This document shows, piece after piece, positions 13,758 through 26,786 of a stretch of DNA of 64,000 bases (position 1 is the first letter of the stretch; every line of letters begins with the position of its first letter). Position numbers and translations under genes: made by a program. The stretch covers positions 1 through 64,000 of the forward strand of contig MCFE01000320.1 in assembly GCA_002104905.1 (NCBI GenBank), written 5' to 3'. Origin of the DNA: Basidiobolus meristosporus CBS 931.73. Lineage: Eukaryota > Fungi > Basidiobolomycota. Below the pieces are notes generated by a model. The model saw only the letters and a list, made by a program, of their open reading frames with translations. It was not told the DNA's origin and did no database searches.

Positions 13758-16700
13758 ACAATGGCTGAGAGGTTTGCTATGATAGCAATGTGGTATCTTC
13801 TCTTGTCTTGCAGTTCTGAATCAAAGTAGCCTTGTCCATGGGACAAACAGTTTGTAACTCAACAACATAATTCCAATACATCACTTTTTTGTGAATACTC
13901 ATGTGAATTTAAAACAGTTTTGTATTTGAAACATTGCATTTACTTGAATAGAAGATTCAACAATGACCTGCTCTAGTAAGCATTATAAATAAATTTGCAG
14001 CACCACATACATACAAACATGTAACATTTTTTCCCCATTGGTTTGACTCAATTCTCAATATATGCTGCCATGAAATAAAGCAAGTTTGTCAGGTTCCAAC
14101 CAAACCTCACCACTGGCAGCAGCAGAGGAATTGTTGGACAACAGCTTACTTTGACATACGGTGCAATAAGTAGGGCTACAACCAGAGAAGGCCCTGTGGA
14201 CAGTGTGCCCACTGAAGGTATTAATGTGGACTCCTCAGGCTCTCAGTCAAGTAGGCAATTGGGAATCTCTGTGGGGCTGCAAGCTGATAATAACGCTGAG
14301 GCAGATTAGATTGTAGCAACAGCAGTACATGATTGCTGAAGACCAGCAAGTGACAGTCATAACATCACCATCACCTGCCTTAGCAAGTATGTTGTTAGCT
14401 CATACCAAAGCACTAATGTGGCTGTTAGGAGCTGTGTTTGATTGGATAGATGCAATGGCCCAGAGAAATCAGGAAATAGTCCAGAAACAGGATGAGCAGA
14501 TAAAAGATGTAAAGCAGTAAATATTTCAAATAGAGAAAGCAGTATCATTGCTGCAAAGTAGTAATTCAAGTAGTGCAATAACACAGCCAGGAGTTGAGCC
14601 ATTTACCAATGTAACAGTAGAGGAATATCATACAGTCCTTAAAGCACAACAATAGTGCCTAAAAATAATGTGCATAGAAGAACCTATCACTGCATTGGAG
14701 TGAGAAAAGGAAGTGCTTATACTAAAGCCTAAAAATCAAAAGATACTGAAGTTCTGTGAAGCCATTGAGTACAAAATGAAGTGTGAGTCAATATTCAAGA
14801 GGCTGTTAAGAGTCTAGCCTGCAAACAGCTTAAGGCGGCATACCATTGGACTATCAGGAGCTCTAGGCAAAGCAGAATGTGTTGGAATTGCTCCATGAAC
14901 ATCAATCTGGATTCAAGCAAGCAAACAGATCTTGGGCCAGCTTTGGAATGCTGCAAAGTATCTCAAGAATAGCAGAAACTTTCAAAGACAGAAGAACAAG
15001 GGTGAAATGACCTAAAAGCAGCGGCTTCCTCAAGAGCCAGTTACAAGCAGGGCCAAAAGCTCTAAACAAGCATCAAAGAGACATGAGGCATTTACAAGAG
15101 TGCCAATGAGGGAAAAGCAGGCAGACACTGATGGACCAGCATAACATTTACCAAGGAAGAAGTCTATTTCTACACAAGAGGCACTAACGCAAAGAAGTTG
15201 TGAGTGAGCTGGTAGTGATGAAAACAAGCAGCTAGCTCACAAGCCTGTCACAGCACAGGCTGAGAGCTCAATACATGTAGAAAAGAAGTGTCAGGTTGCC
15301 CACACAGTACCAGCAAGGGACAAGCAGGCCAAAGCAGATGCATCATGGAAACATTCACCAAGGAGAAAATGTAGTTTAATACATGAAGCACTTGGACAGG
15401 GTAGCAGTGAAAGACCTGGCAGTGACAAAGGAAACAGTAAAGGGAAAGTGTTGTAATATGAGAAGTGACTTGGATATAAGGAACTTATCAAGATATAGTG
15501 ATAATAGTAGAACTGTTGTTTATTCATAAGCAGGATCAGTATCTTTACCTTTGTAGAAGTAATATAGCTGTAACACTAAGTAAGGAGGGTTTCTTATCAT
15601 TCAGGAGCATTCTGTAATGGTTTCAGGGCTAGTATATAATGTTTGGTAAAAAGTGTTAATTTAATCTTCACTATAGGAGAATAAATCCAACCACTCCTTT
15701 GCAGGGAATATGTTGGTATTGTTCTGGTTGCTGGTAGATATCCTCTCTAGAATAGATTAAGGCAATGACAGGTCATAACCTGTTGCAATTTAAGAAGTGA
15801 TCTGGATATAAAGAAGATATCAAGTAGTAGGACAAGAGCTGAACTATTGCTTATTCATAAGGAAGCTCAGTATTTATACCTTTGTAGAAGTAATACAGCT
15901 GTAATACTAAGTAAGGAGGGCTTCTTAACATTCAGGAGCATTCTGTAACAGTTTCAGGGTTAGTACATAATGTTTGGTAAAAGTGTTATTTGGTCTTGAC
16001 AATAGCGGAATATTCAAAGGATTATAGACGTGAATAAACTGGCAAAGTTGGGGCTGCAAATAAGTCCTACAGCAACCAGGACTAGTCTAGAGTTGCTAAG
16101 TAAATTTTTAGCTGCTGAATGATAGCAAATAGTCCAATAGCTCAATAGGAAGTAGCTTACACAAGCCAGAGACAGAGAAGTGTGAGAAAAAAGCTGCAGT
16201 TCTTGCAAATCAATGCTGTCTGCCCAGTGCAGATTGAATCTTGTCATGGCTAAGAATATTTACCGACAAAAAAACAGCTGTTTTCACAAGAGTTGGAAGC
16301 GCAGGCAGTTGAGCTACACTCCAGCAAGGGAGATGAGCTTGCAGAGAGAGGCAATTTGTCTACCACAGCCTTCATGTCCTCTATTGTAGAAAGAGTGGAG
16401 ATCCCACTGACAGACAAATAACAACATTAAGAACTCAAAAGGTTATCACAATACCATCAGTGAAACTTTGGAACATGAATAGGAACACCAAGAGGTTGCA
16501 GCACCTCTTCAAGAGCAATGCTCAAGAAGATGAAGCTGATTATTGCAAGGATATATTGGAAAGACTGGCAGATGAGGTGCTTGACCTTGCAGTACCAGCT
16601 GAAGACCAGGACATGTGGGATCCAGTGAATGAACAGTGGCATAAAGCAATAGAGTTCTTGCCAAAGTCATGAAAGCATAGTGTTACAGCTGAAATACTTA

Positions 16701-17159
16701 TTCAGTGGGGAATTTTAATGGAGTTACTTGTTGACTGCAGGATTGGGCTTAGTGTTAGTATTGAGTGTAGGGACTGATATGGGTCAGTACAAGTGGTAAT
16801 TGAGGTATACCTGAAGATTGAATGGATGTAATTTGATCTGTATGCATGAAAGTAAGAGAAATGGTAGAGTCAGGAAGTAAAGAGTGTTTAAATGAGGCAA
16901 TAGCCAATCAATGCACACAAGTGTAGGAGGAGACAGAGTGTCTAGGATCTAACAGTGAGAAAATTTGCACAGAGCCAATCAAAGGTCATTTTGTATTGTT
17001 GTGATAAAAATTCTGACTAGGTTTTGTGTGAAATCCAGGGTGCAATTATTTGATGATTGCCTTTGCATGGTGTCCTGATGGGATCAATACCTCTTAGTCA
17101 TGGGACTTACAAGTTGCTACAGCCTTTGAACAGGATCATCAAAATAATTTCTCATAGGG
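13757..17159. mobile_element. CMC/EnSpm copy 2, inverted, left half including terminal repeat
   Basis: Accessory ORF remnants on + strand (14329-15450, 16215-16672); ends TTTCTCATAGGG at 17159 (reverse complement CCCTATGAGAAA). Confidence 0.8.
15449..16147 (-). mobile_element. Miniature deletion derivative of copia family 1 (LTR-PBS-~90 bp-truncated LTR)
   Basis: Full LTR 15781-16147, PBS reverse complement GGTCATAACC, partial LTR 15449-~15688; flanks GAAAG / GGAAG; the host accessory ORF resumes on both sides. Confidence 0.75.
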
Positions 17160-17315
17160 AGTCAGGATACCTGAATCCTGTAATGGGCCTTCTGCCTCCT
17201 AACCTTGACCCAATCAGCAACAATAAATATCAGCAGTTCCTGTTAGGTATCTAGGAATCTGCATAACTACTGCAATATGATCAGGTCCATAGTTCTGATC
17301 ACATTGGCTTACAAC

Positions 17316-17663
17316 TGTTGTAAGAGTCTTAGAGATATTGGAAGTGATTTTGAGGACAAGTAGATTATGTGGTTTTCACCTAATGATTAACTGAATGTAA
17401 AAGTAATATTTATACTTTTACATGGTCTTGGCATTAGAAGCATGTAAAATAGGCTAAGGAAGGTCCCATGAACATGTGTGCAAAGCTTGGGGCTGTTTGG
17501 ACAACCTCTCTAATTTTCATATTCTGGGTACCTGATAATTTGGTTAAAATGTTCTAAGTAAATCCTGACTAGGGACTTGGTCAGTATTCTCTAGGATTTG
17601 AAGGTAATGATCTCAGTGACTAAGTTAGGCAATTATCTTGTTGGAATTACAAATCTTACAACA
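17316..17663 (-). repeat. Copia family-2 LTR (reverse), no TSD seen
   Basis: TGTTGTAAGAGTC...CTTACAACA, homologous to 39011-39360; preceded by a degenerate copia RT/RNase H fragment (17160-17315). Confidence 0.8.
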
Positions 17664-18259
17664 GTTCTATCACATAAACAGCTAACTCTGAAATCATGAC
17701 ACATGATCAAGCCATGTCACCATCCCAACCATTTTCAATCTATATATGGTATCCCTACTTAATACAGGTCTCAAAACACTGATCTCTGATGGGTTGGATG
17801 TGCTCTGGCTCCTAGCCCTATGAAAAATTATTGAGATGATCCCGTCAAAAGGCAGTCACAAAGTTAATGTCCCATGACTGAGAGGTACTGATCTTGTCAG
17901 GACTCTGTCCAGAGACCATTGAAAAATAATTGCACCCCAGATTTTACAAAAAACTTTGTCAAAATGTTTCATCACAACAATGTACAAGTGGCTTTTGATT
18001 GGTTCCCTGCCAATTTGCTCACTTTCTGATCCTGGACACTCTATTGCCTCCTGTGTTTGTGTGAATTGATTGGCTATTGCCTCTTTTTCACACTCCTTAC
18101 TTCCTGACTCAACCATTTCTCTTACTTTTCATACATACAAATTGATTTATTTCCGTTGAAACTTCAGTTGTACCTCAGTTGCCAATTGTATTGACCTATA
18201 CAAGTCTCTATACCCTACACTAACATTAAGCCCAACCCCACACTCAACAAGTAACTCCA

Positions 18260-20300
18260 TTAAAATCCACCACTCAATAAGTATTTCTGCTGTAACGCTC
18301 TGGTTCCACAACTTTGGCAGGAATCCACGGCTTTATGCCACAGCTCATTCACTGGTTCCCACATGTCCTGGTCTTCAGCCAGCACTGTAAGGTTTAGCTC
18401 CTCATCTGCTAGTCTTTGCAATAAATTCTTGTAATATTCCAGTGCGTTTTCTTGAGCACTGCTCTTAAAAAAGTGCTGCAACCTCTTGGTGTGCCTATTA
18501 ATGTTGCAAAACTCCACTGAAGGCATTGTGTTAGTCTTTCAAGCTCTTGACATTCTAGCCTTGTCTGTCAGTGCAATCTCCATTCTGTCAACAATGGAGG
18601 CTGTGGTAAACAAATTGCCTTTTTCAGCAAACTCATTTACCTTGCTGGAGTGTAGCTCAACTAGCTGTGCTTCCAACTCTTGTGAAAACAGCTGTTTCTC
18701 TTGTTGGTAATTCTTCTTGGCTATGATGGGATTCAGTCTGTTCCTGGCTTGTGGTGTTAATTGGCAAGAGCTGCAGTTTTATTTTGCATGCCTCCCTGTC
18801 TCAGGCTTGGGTAGACATTTTTCCCTTTACCTTTTCCTTTATCACTGCCAGATCTTTCACTGCTACTTTGTCTGAGTGCTTCTTGTAAAGAACTACATTT
18901 TCTCCTGGATAAGTTCTGCTCTGACGCATCTGTTTTGGCCTGCTTGTCCCTTGCTGGCACTCTTCTGGCATCCTGATGTTTCTTTTCAGCTTGTTTTGAA
19001 TTCTCAACCATAGTTGTGATAGGCTCCTGTAAAAGCGGCTGGTTTTTATCACTGCCAGGTCCTTCACTGCTACTTTGACTGGGTGCTTCTTGAGTGGTAC
19101 TACGCTTTTTTCTTGATAAATGTTGTGCTGGTGCATCCATGTCTGCCTGCTTGTCCTTAATTGGCACTCTTCCAGCTGCCTGATGTCTCTTTGACGCTTG
19201 TCTGGAGCTTTTGGCCCTGCTTGTAACAGGCTCTTGAGGAAGCTGCTGGTTTTTAGCCGTGGCACCCTTGTTCTTCTGCCTTTGATAGTTTCTGCTATTC
19301 TTGAAATACTTTTGCAGCATTGCAAAGCTGGCCCAGAATTTGTTTGCCCATTTGAATCCAGGATAATGCTCATGGAGCAAGTCAAGTGCATTCTGCTTGG
19401 CCTTGAGTTCCTGAAGGTCCCATGGTATGCTGGCCTCATGGTGATGGCATGCTGGAATTCTGATGGCCTCTTGTATATTAGCCCACTCTTCATTATTGCA
19501 CGCAACAGCTTCATGGATCTTCATGTCTTTTGATTTTTAGGCTTTGGTATAAACACCACATTGTCTCCCTCCCATGCTGTGATAGGTTTTTCTGTGGGCT
19601 TTATCTTTGGGCACTGTTGTTGTGCTTCAAAGACTGTACGGTGTTCCTCAGCTGTTACATTGGGAAATGGCTCAATTCTTGGCTGTAACATTGAGCTACT
19701 TGAGTTCCTTTGTTGCAGCAAAGTTACTGCTTTCTCTACCTGGGATATTGATTGCTCTACACATATTATCCGCTCGTCCTGTTTCTGGACTACTTCCTGA
19801 TATCTCTGGGCCATTGCATTTATCCTATCAGCCACTGCACCTAATTGCTTCATTAATGCTTTGGTATGAGCTGACAACATACTTGCTAATATGGGTGGTG
19901 GTGATATTATCATGGTCACTTGCTGATCTTCAACAGAGGGTACTGCATTTGCCACATTCTCATCTGCCTGAGCATAACGGTCAGCTTGTGGCTCCACAGA
20001 GGTTCTCAATTTCTACTTGACTGAGAGCCTGAGGAGTCCGTATTATTACCTTCAATGGGCACACTGTCCACATGGCCTTTTTTGGATGTAGCCCTGGTTG
20101 TTGCACTGAATGTGAAAGCAAGCTGTTGTCCAACTGTTCTTCTGTTGCTGTCAGTAGTGGGGTCTGGTTAAGAACCAGACAACTTTGCTTTATTTTTTGG
20201 CGGCATATATATGGAAGTGAGTCAAACCAAAGGGGAAATAGTGTTACATATATGTGTGTATGTGGTGCCACAACTTTATTTATAATGCTTACTATGGCAG
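18260..20300 (-). pseudogene. Transposon accessory gene (unknown function; coiled coil, W-rich domain, internal repeat)
   Basis: ORFs 19981-20271, 19521-20009, 18757-19524 and 18260-18526 are collinear pieces; the KT-LKIHE junction is in frame in copies 1 and 2, showing a 1-bp deletion here. Confidence 0.7.
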
Positions 20301-20428
20301 GTCATCATTGAATCTTACATTCATGTAGGTGTGATGTCTCAAATACAAGACTGTCTTAAGTTCACATGAGTATTGACCAAAAAGTGATATAATAGCATTA
20401 CATTGTTGAAGGTCAAACTGTTTGCCCC

Positions 20429-22806
20429 ATGGACAAGACTACTTTGACTCAACGCCATAAGAGAAGAGAAAAAAGACCATGTGGCTATTGTGGCAAGCCT
20501 CTCAGCCATGAAGCACGCAGACAGCATAGGAAGTATTACAAAGACCACAGCCAGTGTTTTGCCACAGTACCATGTATGAGCCCAGTCAAATCCCTATATG
20601 CAATGAGACAACACCCGTTGAGACAAATGCCAAGGATACTTTATGGAGCCCAGTGAGCCTAGTAATCCATCTACTGGTGAATGATGTGATGTTGTGGCTA
20701 GAGAAGTGGCGTGTTTCCACTAATATCAATAATAGGGGCTTTGAGGATTTATTACTACTTGTTGCCAAAATCAAACCGTTGTGGTGGTGTAGAGGTACTC
20801 CTGGGAGAAGCTACACAACTCAAGGTGTGTGAGGTGTCTGATGGGTGCAATAACCTCAGTGTCTAAACTGCTGGAGTCTTTGTCAATATGTCTCTATGGT
20901 GAAAGCTCCTGCTTCTCTAGCTTCCTAGGTGCTCCAAGTGTCTCCAAAGGCCTCTGTGTGTCTTGTGCACTACCCTGAAAAGCTCCTTGATAGCAGGTCT
21001 GAGATGTACTGTTGAAGGCAAGTGCAGTGATCAACTGCTAATCAATAAGGTAGAAGTGTTACTGATAGAAGGGATGATTTATTGATAAGGGATTGCTTTC
21101 CCTTAAATACCTTTCCTGATTGCCAAGTGATTACTAATGACAAGGTTCTAGAAGATTCTAGGCATCAGTGGAATTCTTGATGACATCACTATGAGCTAAG
21201 AATATGCCAAGAATGTCCTGGAAGGTTCTAAAAGGCACAGCACTCTCAACCAATCAGGAATCAGTAGTCTGAAACCTGTGCAACATAGAAATACCGTATA
21301 TGGTATTGAAATGGTAGGGATGGTAACACAGACCTAGGTCATGTGTCATGGGTACTGACGCGGGTACTTGCCTTATATAGATACATCTACTGATTACAAA
21401 GCTGAATAACATCTGGGATAACTAATGCTAATAACTAATCAGGGTAAACATCATATGGGGATAATACTGATAATATGGGCAAAAGAAGAATGGGATAATA
21501 CTGACAAGGTAAAATATGGATAAGTATATCATAATGACTATATGAGTAAACTTGTCTGTGGGAGGTATGTTTACCCTACCACAATGTACAGAAGTAAGCA
21601 TGCAATTGCAGCAAAGTAGGCAAGCTATAAGCCATTGGCCGGAATATGGAATCAATTGGAAACTGGAGATAATTAAGATAGAAGGTATCTGTTGGAGCAA
21701 AAGCTTTCCACTGGGACCAATGCATTTGCTTTTCAACAATATCCCTATACTAATGACCAAGTTGTACATGGGGCATTTCAAGCTAAATGAGCCCTATGAG
21801 ATACCGGAGAAATTTGAAAAAATTGGCAAGATATTACAGAGTATCCGCTACCCTAAGTACTTCTCACGGCCTCCAATAAATATTCATACGCATACGCAAC
21901 AATACAAATGCAAAGACTGGATGAACTGGATATGTATTTATTCAAGTGGTGTTCTGAAGCCATTCCTACCAAGAGTACATTGGAAGCATTGGGAGTCATA
22001 TGTGGACATTGCAGGAATATTCATCCAGAAGCGGATTACCAATGCCAACTTGGCACATCTACATCTGTTGTGTGAGGAGTTTGTGACGGGATTTGAGCCG
22101 CTATACTACAAATATAAAGCTGAACGTGTAGATCTTTGCCACTACTGTATCCATTCTCTACACCATCTTGCACGGTGTGTGGAGAATATTGGGCCTTGCT
22201 TCACCTTTTGGGAGTTTCCTATGGAGCGGATGTGTGGGAAGATAGGAAGACAAGTCAAGTTACAGGTACTACCATATCCCAATCTCATCAAGAATATTAC
22301 CTTTAAGTCCGTCATGGATGTGATGAGTTGGCACATAGAGGACAGCCAGAAAGAGTTAGAAAATACTGAGGACAAATGTACACATGGAGACACCTATGCC
22401 TATGGCATTAAGAAGCTAAGCAGCCCCAATGCATGGGTAATCAGTTAAGTAATGCAAAGTTGGATTGGGTGCAACAAGCAACTAATTCTTATCAGGAAAA
22501 CTCCACCAAGATATGCTGCATCTCTTGTGGTCACAAGCCAACTTCTACACCATACAATATGGAATTCACACAAACAAAAGCCAGAGCACTCCTATAAGGG
22601 GGACTAGAATCCAGCAGGGAGAAGGAATATATTGGCTAAATACCAAGAAGTTCTTTGCCAATATTCAGGAGGTATTCATGGCAGAAGTGACAACAACCAA
22701 GCGCATGTTTGCAAGATGTATATGCTACCAGCAACACAAGGTATGCAGCAACTTTGCAAGTATCACACTAAAAAGCCATAAAGTTGAGGTGATAGATGTA
22801 TGTTAA
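20429..22806 (+). pseudogene. CACTA/EnSpm-type transposase, disrupted
   Basis: N-terminal CGYCGKPLSHEARRQH (transposase-associated Zn motif); core PMHLLFNNI...KCKDWMNWICIYS...IHSLHHL...GPCFTFWEFPMERMCGKI (DUF4218-like); split by LTR 20780-21583 with loss of the Tnp2 region. Confidence 0.85.
20780..21583 (-). repeat. Solo LTR, TGTGGT family subtype a
   Basis: Same termini and body as 8072-8875; flanks CCGT / ATGT. Confidence 0.88.
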
Positions 22807-23383
22807 TTGCGGCAGGTGTGCGTGTTTGTAGAGGTTAGTAAGCAGGAGGCCATAGTTTTTTTTGATTCAATCTATATGTGGAATACCCAAGGTAGTAGTG
22901 GGTAAGCAAATAAAGAAAGGTGCTTCTACAGTGGAATATATGAATTGCACAAGGGAAGGTAGAAAAAGGAAATACCATTTGGTAAATTGGTATGGTAGCA
23001 TTATACAGAACCAGCGGCAGGCCATCATGCTGCCAAGAAAAAGCAATCAGAGTCTTGCTGTGAGGCCGTCAAAATACTGTCAAGTTTCTTGCCATATAAG
23101 GCAATTGGAAGTCCTGGCCAACTGAATCCACTTAAAATAGTAATAGAGCGCTGAAAGACCGCAACAATGACATGCAAATATTGTCACAGCACCAATCAGA
23201 AGTTGTCAAGTTTTATCCCTTTATTTGGCTCTAAAATTTGCAAAACACTGTCATGATCTTGTTATAAGATTGTCAGCAGGGTCACTAATTCCAAGCTGCT
23301 GTTATTATGACAGTCTCTGAATGGGATCTTGATGGATGATCCGGATTGGATCCACCTGCCGGACCAAATTATTTTTCATAGGG

Positions 23384-25891
23384 GAAAGGGACCTTTGTGA
23401 TACTATTTTGGGTGAATAATGCCCCCTAAAAATGTGGGAGAGGTAGCCTTAAAGTACCAGAAGAAGGATCAAAGTGTCTTTTACTGTATTTGCCTTAATG
23501 TCAAAGACAAATTGCTAATTCAATGCTCACTACCAAAAACAGCAAAGAATGCCTGGATGGCATTAGAAGACATATATCAGTTTTGTTCAGCTGCCAAGAA
23601 ATTGTATCTTAGACAAAAATTCATTGATACAAAGATGCCACCAGGCAAAGAAATGAAAAATCTAACAAACAGAATGATGCTGCTGGTGGATGAGATGGAA
23701 TATGTGGGCATACCAACTACTGATGAGGAGGTGATAGCAACTATCTTGCATAGCCTGAAAGACAACTTCCAGGGCCTTGTATCAGCCATAGATTCCAGAA
23801 CCAAAGATTTGATCATAAATTACGTATATGATAGTTACCATCCTGAATTGCCTGACAGACAAGTCTCAGGGCCTTGTAAAAGCCCTAGAGTCTAGAGCTG
23901 AAGATTTGATTTGAAATACAAATATAGATGGCTTCTGCAATAAGAATTAAGAAAATATAATGCCCATAAGAAGTAAGTGGAAAATGCTTTAGTAATTAAA
24001 GATAGCTAACAGAGGAGGTTCCCAGGACTCATCATAGACAATAGCAACCTGTTTTGCAACTACTGCAAAAGGAAAAGTCACTATCGGACTGGTGCCTCAA
24101 AAAGGGCAATAGTTAGCAGAAAAGCCTGAATATGGAAATCCTGCAACAACTGAAGATAAATACTCTTGTCTGTACTAAGTATGACCTGAGACAAGGACTC
24201 CCATACATGTCTTATTGACTATGGAGCATCTCAACACCTTACACACCAAAAAGAACTTTTGCCCAATATCAAGTAATACCAATTACAAAGGTTTGATGGC
24301 TGAGAATTGAGCACTGTGGCAGTTGGAGACAGGACCATCTCAGTGAGCCTTAGAAATAGTAATAGAAGCTACACACTGATCCTCAAAGAGGCACCTTGCA
24401 TACCAGAAATAGCCAAGAAACTAATATCAGTAACCAAGCCCTCTGCAGGAGGACTTTTATTGATGATTATACAAGGTACACATGGGTCTACTTCATGGAG
24501 AGAAAGGAAAGAGCTCTGTCTAAGTTCAGGGAGCTCAAAGCCATGGTGGAGAGAGAAACTTGTAAAAAAATGAAGAAAATACGCTCTGACAATGGTGGAG
24601 AATATACCGCAAAACTCTTCATCCACCTCTGCAAACTACATGTGATAAGTCAAGAAACTACTGTACCATACTCCCCACAGCAAAATGGAGTAGCAGAACC
24701 TGCTAACAGATCAATAATGATATGGCAAGATCTATGATCCATGATTAAAAATTATCCTATGATTTTTTGACGGAATCAGTTGCCCCCTCTGTGGTGGGGT
24801 ATAAGTCCAAGGGAGAGAAGCATCCAACACTTCTCAAGTGTTTTGTGTGTGGGGTGTTCACTGGGTGCATTAATCTCTGGCAAAAGCTTGCTAGGAATAC
24901 CTGGGTTCTGTCTCTAATCTAATGTGATGGGGAATAAAGCCACAAGCTTGTCAAGGGAGAACTATTGAGCTACAATACCCAACTTAGTTCATGTCCTAAC
25001 AAAAGTATGTGCTGGGTTCAGCATCCTTTGAGATGACAATGTACTAAAGCTTCCAAAGTCAAAATAACTGTAAACTCCACCAGCAGGGACTTGATAAGAA
25101 TGCAGCTGTGGTCAATAGTTACAAAGACATAAAAGTATCATTGCCTGTAAAACAACAAACTTGGGAAAGAATCAAATGTAGTAAAAGATACTTACTCTGA
25201 GTATTCATCACAAGTAGTGCCTCCAAGGTCAGTTGGCTGTCAGTGTGGATTCCTGGGAGTGTCCTGTAGTCTGGGGTTGGAAGTTCAGGTAGCAGCAGGT
25301 AGCAGTGATCGCACTAATCAACAAGTTGGTATATTGATAAAAGGGATGATGATTTATTGTTGAGGGATAGCCTCCCTTATATGCTTTTCTCCCTGGCTAA
25401 ATGATTACTAATCATGGTGTTTCCGCAGGTTCTGGAGATCAATAGAAATCTTAATGACATCAGAATGAGCTAAGAGTATTCTAAGTAGGTGCCGGAAGGT
25501 TCTAAGAGGCACAGCACATCCAATCAATTAGGAATTAGTATTATGAAACCTGTGTAACATAGGGATACCATATATGGTATGAAAATGGTAGGGATGGTGA
25601 CAAGGGCTGATAATGTGTCATGGGTACTGGCAAGGGTACTTGCCTAATATAGAAGCACTCACAGCTAGTAATCTTATATAATGTGAGGGATAACTTATGC
25701 AATACAGTAAGCAGGTGTGATAGTCAACCGGCTTATGGGATAGTACTGACCAGGTAAGAAAAATGGGATAAAACTAAAATTAGTGGAGTAGAGATATAGG
25801 GAAGTAGAAAATATGGGAATGAGCACATCTGTCAGCGGGTGTCACTGTCACCCCACTACACCGCTGAATACCTTAATAATAGGAGTTATAA
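23384..25891 (+). mobile_element. Degenerate copia family-2-like gag-protease-integrase fragment
   Basis: MPPKNVGEVALKYQKK..., FIDDYTRYTWVYFME...IRSDNGGEY...PQQNGVAE; internal deletion fuses protease to integrase; split by LTR 24790-25860. Confidence 0.85.
24790..25860 (-). repeat. Solo LTR, TGTAGT family subtype b
   Basis: Reverse complement of 5914-6983; flanks CCTC / CCGC; integrase frame (ESVATAVYL) resumes after it. Confidence 0.88.
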
Positions 25892-26114
25892 CTATATGAA
25901 AAGTAACTTGGTCTTGCAGGTGGATCCAATCCAGATCAGCCATTAGGGTCCCACTTAGAGACCATCATAACACCAGCAGCTTGGAATTATTGACCCTCTT
26001 AACAATCTCATAATGGGATCGCAAGAGTATTTTGCTAATTGTACCATCAAGTAAAGTGATAAAACTTGACAAGATTTGATTGATACTGTGACAATAATTG
26101 CAAGGCATTGATGT

Positions 26115-26462
26115 TGTTGTAAGAGTCTTGGAGATATTGGAAGTGATTGGGAGGACAAGTAGATTATGTGGCTTTCACTGAATGATTTATTGAATGTAAA
26201 AGTAGTATTTATACTTTTACCTGGTCTGGCATTACAAACATGTAGAATTGGCTAAGGAAGGTCCCAAGAACATGTGTGCAAAGTTTGGGGCTGTTTGGAC
26301 CACTTTGAGAATTTTCATGTTCTGGGTACTTGGTATTTTGGTGAAAATATATTAAATAAATCCCAGCAAGGAATTTGGTCAGTATTCTCTAGAGTTTGAG
26401 GGTAGTGACTTAAGTGACTAAGTTAGGTGAATATTTAGGTGGAATTACAAATTTTTACAACA
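26115..26462 (-). repeat. Copia family-2 solo LTR with perfect 5-bp TSD GATGT
   Basis: GATGT|TGTTGTAAGAG...TTTTTACAACA|GATGT. Confidence 0.92.
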
Positions 26463-26786
26463 GATGTGGTCTTATTGTGCAATACAACTATATTAAATGG
26501 ACTCAACTGGCCCAAACATCCAATTGCCTTATATGGCAAGAAACTTGGCAGTATTTCAGCAGCCTCACAGCAAGACTCTGATGGCACTATATCAGCAGTA
26601 TGGCTGCCTGTAGCCAGTTCTGTTTAATGCTATTGTACAATTATACCAAATGGGATTTCCTTTTTCTACCTCCCATTGTGCAATTCATTTATTCCACTGT
26701 AGAATCACCCCTCTTTATTTACTTACCCACTAATACCTTGGGTGATCCACATATAGTTTGAATCAAAAAAAACTATGGCCTCCTGC

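Larger units (their letters stand above)
17816..23383. mobile_element. CMC/EnSpm (CACTA-like) DNA transposon copy 3 with both termini (TIR CCCTATGAAAAAT)
   Basis: Left CCCTATGAAAAATTATT, right end reverse complement CCCTATGAAAAATAATT; contains transposase remnants (+) and accessory gene (-) head-to-head. Flanks do not match, so the copy may be chimeric. Confidence 0.82.

Noticed and set aside
18801-19514. 237-aa second-frame ORF overlapping the accessory gene
   Set aside because: Not seen as a long open frame in the other copies and has no motif; likely a shadow frame.
17811-23390. Target-site duplication for the CCCTA element copy 3
   Set aside because: Left flank (LTR fragment, ...TAG) and right flank (copia gag, GAA...) are unrelated, so TSD length cannot be determined here.
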